NCBI GenBank assembly: GCA_009838735.1
Contig: VXQZ01000011.1
Coordinates: forward strand, 17,601 to 81,600
DNA from: Chloroflexota bacterium
GTDB taxonomy: Bacteria; Chloroflexota; Dehalococcoidia; Bin125
Direction: 5' to 3'
Length of the DNA stretch: 64,000 nucleotides
Under the pieces are notes generated by a model. That model saw only the letters and a program-made list of their open reading frames with translations. It was not told the DNA's origin and ran no database searches. Both the position numbers and the translations under genes were made by a program. Below are positions 13,808-22,981 of the stretch, piece by piece; the stretch's first letter is position 1, and each line of letters begins with the position of its first letter.

Positions 13808-14251
13808 ATGCCGCTCACGCTCGAGATCATCACCGGCGAACGCCGCCTGTTGCGGCAGGAAGACGTCGACGAGGTCATTGCTCCCGGCTCACTCGGAGAA
13901 CTTGGGATCCTGCCCAATCACGCTCCTCTCGTGACGTCGCTGGTCGCAGGCGAGCTGCGGGTCAAGACCGGCAACGAGGTTGAAGAGTTTTTCGTCAGCG
14001 GCGGATTCCTTGAGGTCCTGTCGGACGAGGTCACTGTTCTGGCCGACGCAGCCGAACATGGCTCGGAGATCGACGCCGAACGGGCGGAGGAAGCTCGGCA
14101 ACGGGCAGTTGAGCGCCTGGAGCAGGCCAGCGACGCCGATCGCGCGCGTGCGCAGGCTGCCCTCTCGCGATCGCTCCAGCGACTCCGGGTGCTTGAACAT
14201 CGCCGTCGGCGCGGCGCCGGCGGCCGGGACATGTCGCGACCCACGGGCTAA
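13808..14251 (+). CDS. atpC: F0F1 ATP synthase subunit epsilon (with short Arg-rich C-terminal extension)
   Basis: N-terminal beta-sandwich motif LEIITGERRLLRQEDVDEVIAPGSLGELGILPNHAPLVT, helical C-domain; follows atpD. Confidence 0.85.
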   Translation: MPLTLEIITGERRLLRQEDVDEVIAPGSLGELGILPNHAPLVTSLVAGELRVKTGNEVEEFFVSGGFLEVLSDEVTVLADAAEHGSEIDAERAEEARQRAVERLEQASDADRARAQAALSRSLQRLRVLEHRRRRGAGGRDMSRPTG

Positions 14252-14289
14252 CAGGATCGGCGGGTCGACTCGGCAGGTACAGTCTCTGT

Positions 14290-15585
14290 ATGAGCGCTGC
14301 CGCTGAGCCCTGTTTCCGGATCAACGGATTGCGACGCCTCGACGGCTTGTTGCGCGTCAATGGCGCCAAGAACGCCGCGTTGCCATGCCTGGCGGCTTCG
14401 CTGCTTTCCGATCAGCCATCCCGCTTGCGCCGCGTGCCCAACATCGAAGACGTGCGCCGTTTGCTGGAGATTCTCTCGTTCCTCGGCGTCGAGTCGGATT
14501 TCCATGACAATGAGGTCGTTGTGCGCCCGTCGGGCGTCTGCGGCGGCAGTCCGCCCGACGCGCTCGCCGCGGCGCTGCGGGCATCCTTCCTGGTCATGGG
14601 GCCGTTGCTGGTTCGGACCGGTCTGGCCAGTTGCGGCACGCCGGGCGGCGACGTGATCGGTGCGCGCCCTCTGGATGTCCATCTCGCCGGCTTTCGGGCG
14701 TTGGGCGCCGAAGTTGAGTCGGTAGGCGGACGGACGATTGCGCGCGCGCCGCATGGCTTGCGTGGCGCCACCTTCGTGCTCGACTACCCGAGCGTTCTGG
14801 GCACGGAGAACCTGCTACTCGCCGCAACACTCGCGCGCGGACGGACGCGCCTGGTCAACGCGGCGATGGAGCCGGAGATCATCTGTTTGGCCGAAATGTT
14901 GAACCGGATGGGCGCGAGCATTTCGGGAGCCGGTGGCCACACCATCACGATCGACGGCGTCGAGCGGCTAACCGGGGTCGAGCACGAGCTCATTCCTGAC
15001 AGGATTGAGACCGGCAGCCTGCTGATCGCCGCTGCGGTGACGCGCGGACAGGTCTGCCTGCAAGGCGTCAGGCCCGATCATCTTGAGTCGCTCCTGGGAA
15101 AGCTCAGCGAAATCGGGGTGGACGTCAGCCAAAAGCCAGGGCAACTGGATATCGCGGTCGAGGCCGACGCTCGTCTCACGGCTACCAACCTGCAGTCGCT
15201 GCCGTTTCCGGGGTTCGCCACCGATTTGCAGGCGCCGATGACGGCGCTACTCACTCAGGTCGAGGGCACGTCCGTCGTTCATGAGCGAGTCTTCGAAAAC
15301 CGGATGCAGCATCTCGATGAGCTTCGCAAGTTCGGCGCCAATATCATCGCCGGCGGCGCAGCGCCGGTTGTGATCGGGCCGACGCCGTTGACCGGCGCTG
15401 TGGTGCGCGGAACCGACATTCGTGCAACGGCGGCGTTGATTGTCGCGGCGCTCGCGGCCGACGGCGAAAGCCGCATCTACGGTGTTGATCATCTGTCTCG
15501 CGGTTACGCGGATCTGGCCGGACAACTGCAACATCTTGGCGCCGACATTGAGCTCGCCCGAAGCGCCGATACACTGACGAACTGA
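14290..15585 (+). CDS. murA: UDP-N-acetylglucosamine 1-carboxyvinyltransferase, Asp at the catalytic Cys115-equivalent position
   Basis: 431 aa EPSP-synthase fold; RINGLRRLDGLLRVNGAKNAALP N-terminus; active-site loop PGGDVIGARPLDVH (E. coli PGGCAIGARPVDLH). Confidence 0.9.
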   Translation: MSAAAEPCFRINGLRRLDGLLRVNGAKNAALPCLAASLLSDQPSRLRRVPNIEDVRRLLEILSFLGVESDFHDNEVVVRPSGVCGGSPPDALAAALRASFLVMGPLLVRTGLASCGTPGGDVIGARPLDVHLAGFRALGAEVESVGGRTIARAPHGLRGATFVLDYPSVLGTENLLLAATLARGRTRLVNAAMEPEIICLAEMLNRMGASISGAGGHTITIDGVERLTGVEHELIPDRIETGSLLIAAAVTRGQVCLQGVRPDHLESLLGKLSEIGVDVSQKPGQLDIAVEADARLTATNLQSLPFPGFATDLQAPMTALLTQVEGTSVVHERVFENRMQHLDELRKFGANIIAGGAAPVVIGPTPLTGAVVRGTDIRATAALIVAALAADGESRIYGVDHLSRGYADLAGQLQHLGADIELARSADTLTN

Positions 15586-15621
15586 CTACGCTGAATGCAC
15601 TGATCGGCCGAAGCGGAGATC

Positions 15622-16668
15622 ATGTTTCTCACCAAACGACTTGGTATCGATCTCGGTACCTCCCGACTCAGAATTGCCGTGCCTGGCCGCGGCGGACAGA
15701 TAGTGATCGACCAGCCGACGGTCGTCACGCTGTCGACCCAGGAAAACGCGGTCCTCGCCGCCGGTAATGACGCCGCCAACATGGTTGGTCGTGCACCCGA
15801 GTCGGTCAGTGTGATCAATCCCATGCGCGAAGGCGTCATCGACGACTACCGGATCGTCGAAGCACTGCTTCGCTACTACATGGGACTGGTCGTCGGGCGC
15901 TTCAACCTGGTACGTCCGGAAGTGATGATTGCGACCCCGGCCGGAGTGACCAACGTTGAGCAACGAGCTGTCCGAGACGCCGCCGAACAGGCCGGCGCGC
16001 GGCGGCCGGCTCACCTGATCGCCAACCCACTCGCCGCTGCGATCGGCGCCGGCGTGCCCATGGGAGACGCGCGCGGCGCGCTGATCGGCAATCTCGGCGC
16101 CGGCCGCTCGGAGGCGGCGGTGCTGTCGATGTACGGAGTCGTGGTCTGGGAGTCGGCGCGAGTCGGCGGAGAAGTCGTCACTGAAACCATCGCCGACCAC
16201 GTCAAACGACGACACAGCCTGTTGATCGGCGAACCGACGGCGGAGGAGCTCAAGTTCGCAGCCGGCTCGGCGATCCCGGTCGAGGATCCGGTACGGGCCG
16301 AAGTGCGAGGCCGTGATCAGTCGAGCGGCATGCCCCGTAGCGTGACGATTACGGCAAATGAACTCGTGCCCTCTGTGCAGCAGGTGTTGCAGACGTTCGT
16401 CGAGGTGACTCGCAGCACGCTCGAGCGCACGCCGCCCGAGTTGACCGCTGACATCATCGACCGCGGCATGCTGTTGACCGGCGCCGCGGCGCGCCTCCAG
16501 GGGATTGACGCCTATCTCGCCGAACAGGTCGGGATCCCGGTCACCATCGCCGACAACGCGGAGGACGCGGTGGCGCTGGGCGCGGCGGAAGCGCTTGACA
16601 ACCTCGACATCGTCGGGCCGAATCTGCTCGCCCAGGAAAGTGTGCTGGGAGCGGCCGAATCGCGCTGA
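15622..16668 (+). CDS. mreB: rod shape-determining protein MreB/Mbl
   Basis: Actin-fold phosphate-1 motif GIDLGTSRLRIAV, NPMREGVIDDY, 348 aa. Confidence 0.9.
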   Translation: MFLTKRLGIDLGTSRLRIAVPGRGGQIVIDQPTVVTLSTQENAVLAAGNDAANMVGRAPESVSVINPMREGVIDDYRIVEALLRYYMGLVVGRFNLVRPEVMIATPAGVTNVEQRAVRDAAEQAGARRPAHLIANPLAAAIGAGVPMGDARGALIGNLGAGRSEAAVLSMYGVVVWESARVGGEVVTETIADHVKRRHSLLIGEPTAEELKFAAGSAIPVEDPVRAEVRGRDQSSGMPRSVTITANELVPSVQQVLQTFVEVTRSTLERTPPELTADIIDRGMLLTGAAARLQGIDAYLAEQVGIPVTIADNAEDAVALGAAEALDNLDIVGPNLLAQESVLGAAESR

Positions 16669-16689
16669 CCGACGAACCGACGAGACCGA

Positions 16690-17364
16690 CTAGTTGGCCG
16701 TCACGTCAGCCTGGTGATCCTCGACATAACCGTCGAACGGCTCTTCGAGGTAGTAAGCCATGCTTTCGAGTTCCATGACGGGATCGATCTGGCGCAGACG
16801 CACGCCCTGGGGCACGCTCATCGTCACGGGAGCGTAGCTGAGAATCGCCCTGACGCCGCCGTCGACCAGGATGTCGATCACGGACGGGGCCGCTTCGGCC
16901 GGGACCGCCACGATGCCCATCGCGACGCGCGTTTTCTGCAGGTACTCGGACAACCTGGCGACATCGTCAACGCGATAGTTGTCGATCTTCCGGCCGATCT
17001 GACTCGGATCGGAGTCGAAGACGCGCACAACCTCGAAGCCGCCCAGCTGGAACCCGCGATAGCCCAGTACCGCGCGCCCCAGCTGCCCCACTCCGACGAG
17101 GACCATCTCTTTGACCCGCCCGTTCAGACCGAGGATGCTGCGCAGCCGATCCCTCAGGCTGAGGACCTCGTAGCCGCGCCCGCGTTTGCCGAAGCGGCCA
17201 AAGTACGACAGATCCTTGCGAATCTGGGCCGGCGTCACGCCAAGCCGACGGCCCAACTCCTGGGAGGAGATGAAGTCGCGGCCTTCGCTCGCGAGCAGCC
17301 CGAGCTCGCGCGCATAGAGCGGCAGGCGGCGAATGACGATATCCGGGATCTCGACCTCGCTCAC
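16690..17364 (-). CDS. rex: redox-sensing transcriptional repressor Rex
   Basis: N-terminal winged helix (RLPLYARELGLL...ISSQELGRRLGVTPAQIRKDLSYFG) plus Rossmann GVGQLGRAVL NADH-binding motif. Confidence 0.9.
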   Translation of the reverse strand: MSEVEIPDIVIRRLPLYARELGLLASEGRDFISSQELGRRLGVTPAQIRKDLSYFGRFGKRGRGYEVLSLRDRLRSILGLNGRVKEMVLVGVGQLGRAVLGYRGFQLGGFEVVRVFDSDPSQIGRKIDNYRVDDVARLSEYLQKTRVAMGIVAVPAEAAPSVIDILVDGGVRAILSYAPVTMSVPQGVRLRQIDPVMELESMAYYLEEPFDGYVEDHQADVTAN

Positions 17365-17464
17365 TCGAACACTCTCGTTGATGATTGCTTGCGGCTCAGA
17401 CTACAACCGACCGCCCAATTGTCGGCCCGGTATTGATTGCGAGGATGTTGCGGCTGTTTGATAT

Positions 17465-18469
17465 CTATAACACACGATCATCCGGCTGGCGCTCTCCGAA
17501 ATCGTCGGCTCTCAGTGCCTCCAGCTTGGCCAGGTCGGCGTGCGAGATGTCGTCCAGATCGACCGCGGCGATCTGATCCTCGAGTTCCGCTCGATTCTTG
17601 ACTCCCGGGACGACAGTTGAGACGGCAGCCTGCTGCAGCGCGTACCGTGCCGACCAGCGGGATAGCGGAACTCCGTCTCGCTCCAGGAATCGCAGAGTCC
17701 GCGCTCTCCTGTGATCAATGGCTACGAGCGAGTCGGGCGGCACGGCGCGATCGATGGAGTTGGACAGAGCTCCGGCCGCGAGGTTGCGAATGCCGATTAC
17801 GCCGATGCCCAGCTCCTCGGCCAGCGGCAGCAGCTGGCCATGGTTGTGCAGCGACGATCCTTCCGGCAAGGGTCTGGCGTTCGAGTCGTTGAGCAGGTTG
17901 TAGTAGCACTGCACGGTGTCCAGCGAGCCGTCGCGCAACACGGTTCGGACGGAGCCGGCGTCGCCCATTCCGGTGACGCCCACGTAACGAGTCAGGCCGT
18001 CCTGCTTGAGTCGATGCAGCGTGTCAACGGCGAGCATTGCGTCGGCCACCGAAACCGAGCGTCGATAGTGGCCCCGCGTCGGCGTGATCGTGTTGTGCAG
18101 CTGGAAAAGGTCGACTCGCTCACGCCGAAGGCGTTCCAGCGACTCGTGGATGCCGCGCTCCACTGCTGCCGGAATGTCCGCCAGATCGTCTTCGCTCAGT
18201 GAGACCTTCGTCGCCACCAGCATGTCGTGTCCGCGGCCTTGCGGAGCCTCGAGCAACGCGCGGCCCAGATTGCGCTCGGCCGCCCCGTCTCCATAGCTCG
18301 GAGCGACGTCGTAGAAGTTGATCCCTTCCGCCATCGCGAAGGTGATCGTCTCTGCGATCTCCTCGTCCGTGGTTTCGCCCCAGACGTGCCCGATCCCGCC
18401 GCCGCCCAGACCGATCTCGGAAACGACCAGCCCCGTACGTCCCAGCTTGCGGTATCGCATCATCGCCAA
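17465..18469 (-). CDS. aldo/keto reductase family oxidoreductase
   Basis: 334 aa; MRYRKLGRTGLVVSEIGLG N-terminus and IDTAPSYGDG-like motif (FYDVAPSYGDGAAE) typical of AKR. Confidence 0.85.
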   Translation of the reverse strand: MAMMRYRKLGRTGLVVSEIGLGGGGIGHVWGETTDEEIAETITFAMAEGINFYDVAPSYGDGAAERNLGRALLEAPQGRGHDMLVATKVSLSEDDLADIPAAVERGIHESLERLRRERVDLFQLHNTITPTRGHYRRSVSVADAMLAVDTLHRLKQDGLTRYVGVTGMGDAGSVRTVLRDGSLDTVQCYYNLLNDSNARPLPEGSSLHNHGQLLPLAEELGIGVIGIRNLAAGALSNSIDRAVPPDSLVAIDHRRARTLRFLERDGVPLSRWSARYALQQAAVSTVVPGVKNRAELEDQIAAVDLDDISHADLAKLEALRADDFGERQPDDRVL

Positions 18470-18557
18470 TCACTCCCTCTCGGCCTCTCCGTTCAGCCCG
18501 TCCAGGTGAGGCTACCCGCGCTTCGGACTACGGGCAGTCGCGAGGTAGAGTCTTGCC

Positions 18558-19241
18558 ATGCCCAGACCGTCGCACGTCGCCACCTGGCCAAGCCTGACCG
18601 AGCTGCCGTCGCTCTACCCCGACGCACGCAACCGCCCCAATCGCGGCCCCTACATGTATCGCGCTGGCAAGACGTGGCCGCTTCGCTCGCAGTTCGACAC
18701 GTCGAACCGAATAGCGGTCCTGGCGGTCGGCAGCAACGCGTACCCCCGACAATTGTCGGACAAGCTGTCGGGAACGCCGGCGGACCTGCAGGGAATCCCG
18801 ACCGTGCCAGCGATACTGTCCAATTTCGATGTGGCCTACTGTCCTGTCCGCTCGCGCAAGGGATACGTGCCGTTCACCCTGACCTCGCGACCGGGCGCGG
18901 TCTGCCTCACCTGGCTTCAATGGCTCACAATCGAACAGCTCAACCTCATCTCGTCGACCGAGGGGTCGCGATATGCACTCGTCGGAGGCTCGTCGCTGTC
19001 GCGGTCTGCCATCATTCCGGCTCAACTGCGCCGGCCGGCCGCGATCTACGCATGGTGGTTCGACTCCCTGCTGCGCCGCGACGGCTTCCCCGTCTGGTTG
19101 GATGTGTACCGACCACCGGTGGAGCCGCAACTTGACCCGTTGGAGTCGACGGAAAATGAGCTGCCGAGCGATTGGATCGAGGTACCCCGGACAGCCGAAC
19201 ATCACGCGATATCACAAGAAATTATGAGCGAAATCTGTTAG
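18558..19241 (+). CDS. hypothetical protein (weak resemblance to gamma-glutamyl cyclotransferase/AIG2-like fold)
   Basis: 227 aa, coding-type GC3 bias; AVLAVGSNAYPRQL resembles YxxYGSN motif of GGCT-like proteins; low certainty. Confidence 0.4.
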   Translation: MPRPSHVATWPSLTELPSLYPDARNRPNRGPYMYRAGKTWPLRSQFDTSNRIAVLAVGSNAYPRQLSDKLSGTPADLQGIPTVPAILSNFDVAYCPVRSRKGYVPFTLTSRPGAVCLTWLQWLTIEQLNLISSTEGSRYALVGGSSLSRSAIIPAQLRRPAAIYAWWFDSLLRRDGFPVWLDVYRPPVEPQLDPLESTENELPSDWIEVPRTAEHHAISQEIMSEIC

Positions 19242-19276
19242 CATAATGAGCACAACACCATCGCTGGAGCCCACGC

Positions 19277-21745
19277 TTGGTTACTGAACAGACGGCGCCG
19301 GAGCAGCCCATCCGTACCCTAGTCGAGGAGATGAGTTCCTCATATCTCGATTACGCGATGAGCGTGATCGTCTCGCGCGCCCTACCGGATGTACGTGACG
19401 GGCTGAAGCCGGTCCAGCGACGCATTCTCTACGCAATGGACGATCTCGGCATGCGGGCCAATCAACCGCATCGTAAGTCCGCTCGTATTGTTGGCGAAGT
19501 GCTTGGTAAGTATCATCCACACTCCGACCAACCCGTGTATGACGCAATGGTACGTATGGCCCAGGACTTCTCTTTGCGTCATACGTTAGTAGACGGTCAG
19601 GGAAATTTTGGATCAATTGATAACGATCCACCCGCCGCCATGCGTTATACCGAAGCGCGGCTCTCGCGGATCGCCGAAGAGCTACTTGCCGATCTGGACA
19701 AGAACACCGTCGACTTCGCGCCGAACTTTGACGAATCGCTCAACGAGCCGACCGTGCTGCCCGGCCGGGCGCCCAACCTGCTGCTCAACGGCGCCACCGG
19801 CATTGCCGTCGCGATGGCGTGCGACATTCCGCCGCACAATCTGGCCGAGCTCGGCGAGGCCGTCAAGACGCTGCTGACCAACGACAGCGCCACGCTGGAT
19901 GACGTGCTGCAGCACATCCAGGGTCCTGACTTCCCCACGGCCGGCAGCATCTTCGCCGGCGAAGACCGTGAGGACCTGCGGCGGCTGTACGGCACCGGTC
20001 GCGGCGGGTTTACCGTCCGTGCCCAGCAGCACCTCGAGGAAACGACCACCGGCAATCGCGTCCAGATCGTCTTTACCGAGATTCCCTACCAGACCAACAA
20101 GGTCAGGATCATCGAGCAGATCGCGGCGCAGGTCCGCGACAAGAAGATCGAAGGCATCCGCGACCTGCGCGACGAGTCCGACCGCCACGGCATGCGCCTG
20201 GTGGTCGAGCTGACCAGGGACGGCCACTACCAGACGATCCTCGCCCAGCTCTACAAGTCGACCGCCCTCCAGGCGCAGTACAGCGGCAACTTCGTCGCGC
20301 TCGTCGACGGCCGTCCGCGCACGCTGACGCTCTACCAGCTGCTGCGCGAGTTCATTCGCCACCGCCGACAGATCATCACCCGTCGCACCGAGTTCGACCT
20401 CGAGAAGGCCCGCGACCGGCATCACATCGTCGAAGGACTGCTCAAGGCGATCGACAGCATCGACGCCATCATCGCCGCGATTCGCGCCGCCGAGTCGGCC
20501 GAAGCGGCCCGCGATCGGCTGCAAGAGGATCCATTCGACCTGTCCCAGCGCCAGGCCCAGGCCGTGCTCGAGATGCAGCTCCGCCGCCTCGCCCAGCTTG
20601 AGCGGACCAAGCTCGAAGAAGAGTTCCAGGAGCTCACCGAGACGATCGAATACCTCGAGGGTCTGCTCGCCGATGAGAAGAAGATTGACGGACTGATCGC
20701 CGAGGACATGGACGAACTGGTCGAGACCTACGGCGAAGATCGCAAGTCGCGGGTGATCGAACGCTCGGTCGACAACTTCAGCCCCGCCGACCTCGTCCCG
20801 CACCAGTCCTCGGTCGTCACGCTCACCCGTCACGGTTACATCAAACGCCAGCCGGTCGACGCCTTCCGCTCGCAGCGACGCGGCGGCAAGGGCGTCAAGG
20901 GCATCGAGCGCAAGAACGGCACCACGTCAGTCGAGGCTCCGCACCGACTGATCGCCTGCGACACCCACGACCACCTGCTCATGTTCACCTCGAGAGGCCG
21001 CGTCTACGGTCTCCAGGCCCACGAGGTCGAAGCCCGCTCCCGAGAGTGGCGCGGCCTTCCCGTCCGCAACGTGGTCGAACTCCAACTCGACGAACAGGTC
21101 ACCACAATCATTCCGGTCGAGTCGTTCGAGGACGACTACATCATCCTCGGCACCAAGCATGGTGAAGTGAAGAAGACCCGGCTTTCAAACTTCAGGAAAG
21201 TACGGCGCAGCGGGCTGCTTGCATTCAATCTCCGGGACGACGATGAGCTGGTCGAAGCCGCCTTCGCCCATGCAGGCGACGATGTGATCGTCACGGCCAC
21301 CGACGGCCGCACGGTTCGCTTCGCCGTCAACGCCCTGCGCGAAGCCTCTCGGACCAGCGGCGGCGTTCGAGGCATCAACGTCGAGCAAGAGACCCTGATC
21401 GGCCTACAGACTGTCGAGCCGGCGTCAGAAATCCTCACAGTCACCGCCGTCGGCTTCGGCAAGCGCACCCCCGAGTCCGAATACCCAACCAAGGGGCGCG
21501 GCGGCAAAGGTATGATCGGCCACAAGGTCTCCGACGAAACGGGTCCGGTCGTCGGCATGGCGGTCGTCCGCGGTGACGAGGAGCTGGTTGTCATCTCAGC
21601 CGGAGGCAAGATCCTGCGCACCGAGATCCAGCAAATCCGCCAGGTCGGCCGCTCCTCCAAGGGAGTCAAGGTCATGTCCTCCGAAGAAGGAATCGCCGCC
21701 ATCGCCGTCGTCGACACCAGCCGAGAGTTCGGCCAACGCTCGTAA
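19277..21745 (+). CDS. gyrA: DNA gyrase subunit A
   Basis: [34 protein letters not shown], active-site Tyr region [11 protein letters not shown]-terminal beta-pinwheel repeats; probable TTG start; no gyrB adjacent. Confidence 0.95.
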   Translation: MVTEQTAPEQPIRTLVEEMSSSYLDYAMSVIVSRALPDVRDGLKPVQRRILYAMDDLGMRANQPHRKSARIVGEVLGKYHPHSDQPVYDAMVRMAQDFSLRHTLVDGQGNFGSIDNDPPAAMRYTEARLSRIAEELLADLDKNTVDFAPNFDESLNEPTVLPGRAPNLLLNGATGIAVAMACDIPPHNLAELGEAVKTLLTNDSATLDDVLQHIQGPDFPTAGSIFAGEDREDLRRLYGTGRGGFTVRAQQHLEETTTGNRVQIVFTEIPYQTNKVRIIEQIAAQVRDKKIEGIRDLRDESDRHGMRLVVELTRDGHYQTILAQLYKSTALQAQYSGNFVALVDGRPRTLTLYQLLREFIRHRRQIITRRTEFDLEKARDRHHIVEGLLKAIDSIDAIIAAIRAAESAEAARDRLQEDPFDLSQRQAQAVLEMQLRRLAQLERTKLEEEFQELTETIEYLEGLLADEKKIDGLIAEDMDELVETYGEDRKSRVIERSVDNFSPADLVPHQSSVVTLTRHGYIKRQPVDAFRSQRRGGKGVKGIERKNGTTSVEAPHRLIACDTHDHLLMFTSRGRVYGLQAHEVEARSREWRGLPVRNVVELQLDEQVTTIIPVESFEDDYIILGTKHGEVKKTRLSNFRKVRRSGLLAFNLRDDDELVEAAFAHAGDDVIVTATDGRTVRFAVNALREASRTSGGVRGINVEQETLIGLQTVEPASEILTVTAVGFGKRTPESEYPTKGRGGKGMIGHKVSDETGPVVGMAVVRGDEELVVISAGGKILRTEIQQIRQVGRSSKGVKVMSSEEGIAAIAVVDTSREFGQRS

Positions 21746-21863
21746 GCGCCCGCCCTCAGCGTCCTGTCGCATGCCAGTCGCTGAGTTCTACGCTCCCACA
21801 CAGGAGAAGCTGCCCAGGGCCGAGGATCTCTCGTTCCACGTTCGCGCGGAGGTCCTTAGCTTG

Positions 21864-21883
21864 CCGTCATTCCATTGACGGCA
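21864..21883 (+). promoter_or_regulatory. perfect inverted repeat GCCGTCA-N6-TGACGGC overlapping putative promoter of TA operon (candidate antitoxin operator)
   Basis: Seen directly in sequence 13-32 nt upstream of toxin ATG; TTGACG hexamers nearby. Confidence 0.45.
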
Positions 21884-21895
21884 TACTCTTGACGC

Positions 21896-22255
21896 ATGGA
21901 ATGGGAGGTGGAGTACACCGATGAGTTCGAGGATTGGTGGCTGCAGCTCCTGGCTAGTCAGCAGAATGATGTCGGCATGCGTGTCGAAATGTTGCGGAGG
22001 CAAGGGCCAAACCTGCCGTTTCCGCACTCTTCGAGCATTCGGACATCGCGCCACAGGAGAATGCGCGAGCTGAGAATCCAAAGCGGCGGGAGGCCCATCA
22101 GGGTCTTCTACGCATTCGATCCCCGGAGGACCTCGATTCTGTTGATCGGCGGAGACAAAACGGGCAACGACCGGTTCTACGAAGAGTTTGTGCCGTTGGC
22201 CGACCGGCTCTATGACGACCACCTCCTAGAGCTGCGAAGGGAAGGACTGATCTGA
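21896..22255 (+). CDS. type II toxin, HigB-like (Gp49/PF05973 RelE-ParE superfamily)
   Basis: 119 aa; WEVEYTDEFEDWW...RELRIQSGGRPIRVFYAFDPRRTSILLIGGDKTGNDRFYEEFVPLADRLYDDHL matches Gp49-like toxin pattern; 1-nt overlap (TGATGG) with downstream HTH gene. Confidence 0.7.
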   Translation: MEWEVEYTDEFEDWWLQLLASQQNDVGMRVEMLRRQGPNLPFPHSSSIRTSRHRRMRELRIQSGGRPIRVFYAFDPRRTSILLIGGDKTGNDRFYEEFVPLADRLYDDHLLELRREGLI

Positions 22256-22593
22256 TGGCTGGTCACCGACCGTTCAGTGATTTGACTCGCGACTGGGAGC
22301 CCGAGCGGCTGCAGCGCGTGAAGGAGGGTGCCGATCAACTACTGCGCGAAATGCGGTTGCACGAGTTGCGCCGGGCGCGCGAACTCACTCAGCAGGACCT
22401 GGCCGAGAGGTTGCAAGTCAATCAGCCTGCCGTCGCCAAGATGGAACAGCGCGCCGATGTCTACGTCTCCAGCTTGCGCCACTACATCGAGGCCGTCGGG
22501 GGTCGACTGAAGGTCGTCGCCGAGTTTCCCGAAGGCGAGGTGGCGATCACCAACTTCTCTGAGGTCGGCCAGGACCCTCCGTCTCAGCCCTGA
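22255..22593 (+). CDS. XRE-family HTH antitoxin (HigA-like)
   Basis: 112 aa; helix-turn-helix LTQQDLAERLQVNQPAVAKMEQ; partner position downstream of Gp49-like toxin. Confidence 0.7.
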   Translation: MAGHRPFSDLTRDWEPERLQRVKEGADQLLREMRLHELRRARELTQQDLAERLQVNQPAVAKMEQRADVYVSSLRHYIEAVGGRLKVVAEFPEGEVAITNFSEVGQDPPSQP

Positions 22594-22787
22594 ACCGCCC
22601 GCTGTTTCTTCCGACACAACGCTCCGCGGACATCGTCAATACCGAATGTCTGTACGTATACGATCGGCTGCGCTCGACAACGTGCCGCTTGTCTGAAGGA
22701 ACCGATTATGACCGCACCTACGCCCTGGACACACCCAGAATGGCCTGGCAGGGCCCGGATCAACACTCACCAAATCGAGCCGCATCT

Positions 22788-22830
22788 GGCGAAATCTGGA
22801 CAAATCTGGACAAATCCAGACATAACTACG
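22788..22830. repeat. four tandem 10-bp repeats (TCTGGCGAAA/TCTGGACAAA/TCTGGACAAA/TCCAGACATA) containing palindrome TCTGGACAAATCCAGA
   Basis: Read directly; ~150 nt upstream of LLM oxidoreductase start in a 390-nt intergenic region. Confidence 0.6.
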
Positions 22831-22981
22831 TCGAATTTACCGCCCATAGCAGCATTTCCGCCCGATCGAGTCAGAATTCCCTCTCCAACGCGCTCCTCAA
22901 GCGTTGACAGACCGAAGTTCGGACGCTCAGACGCCGTCCGCTACCATCGCTCTTGAGCCAGCGCCTGACAGGACGGACGCC

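Noticed and set aside
16690-17470. Rex operator (TTGTGAA-N4-TTCACAA) upstream of rex or atp operon
   Set aside because: No convincing match to the Rex operator consensus was found in the rex upstream region or ahead of atpZ/atpB by eye, so none is annotated.
19682-20833. 383-aa ORF antisense to gyrA; similar long antisense ORFs at 6380..7408, 28328..29737, 30797..31819, 35815..36705, 39446..40606, 46103..47098, 50021..51394, 52157..53497 and 54702..55628
   Set aside because: Each lies opposite a gene with strong family signatures. The products are Arg/Ala/Gly-rich low-complexity sequences typical of reverse-frame GC-rich ORFs.
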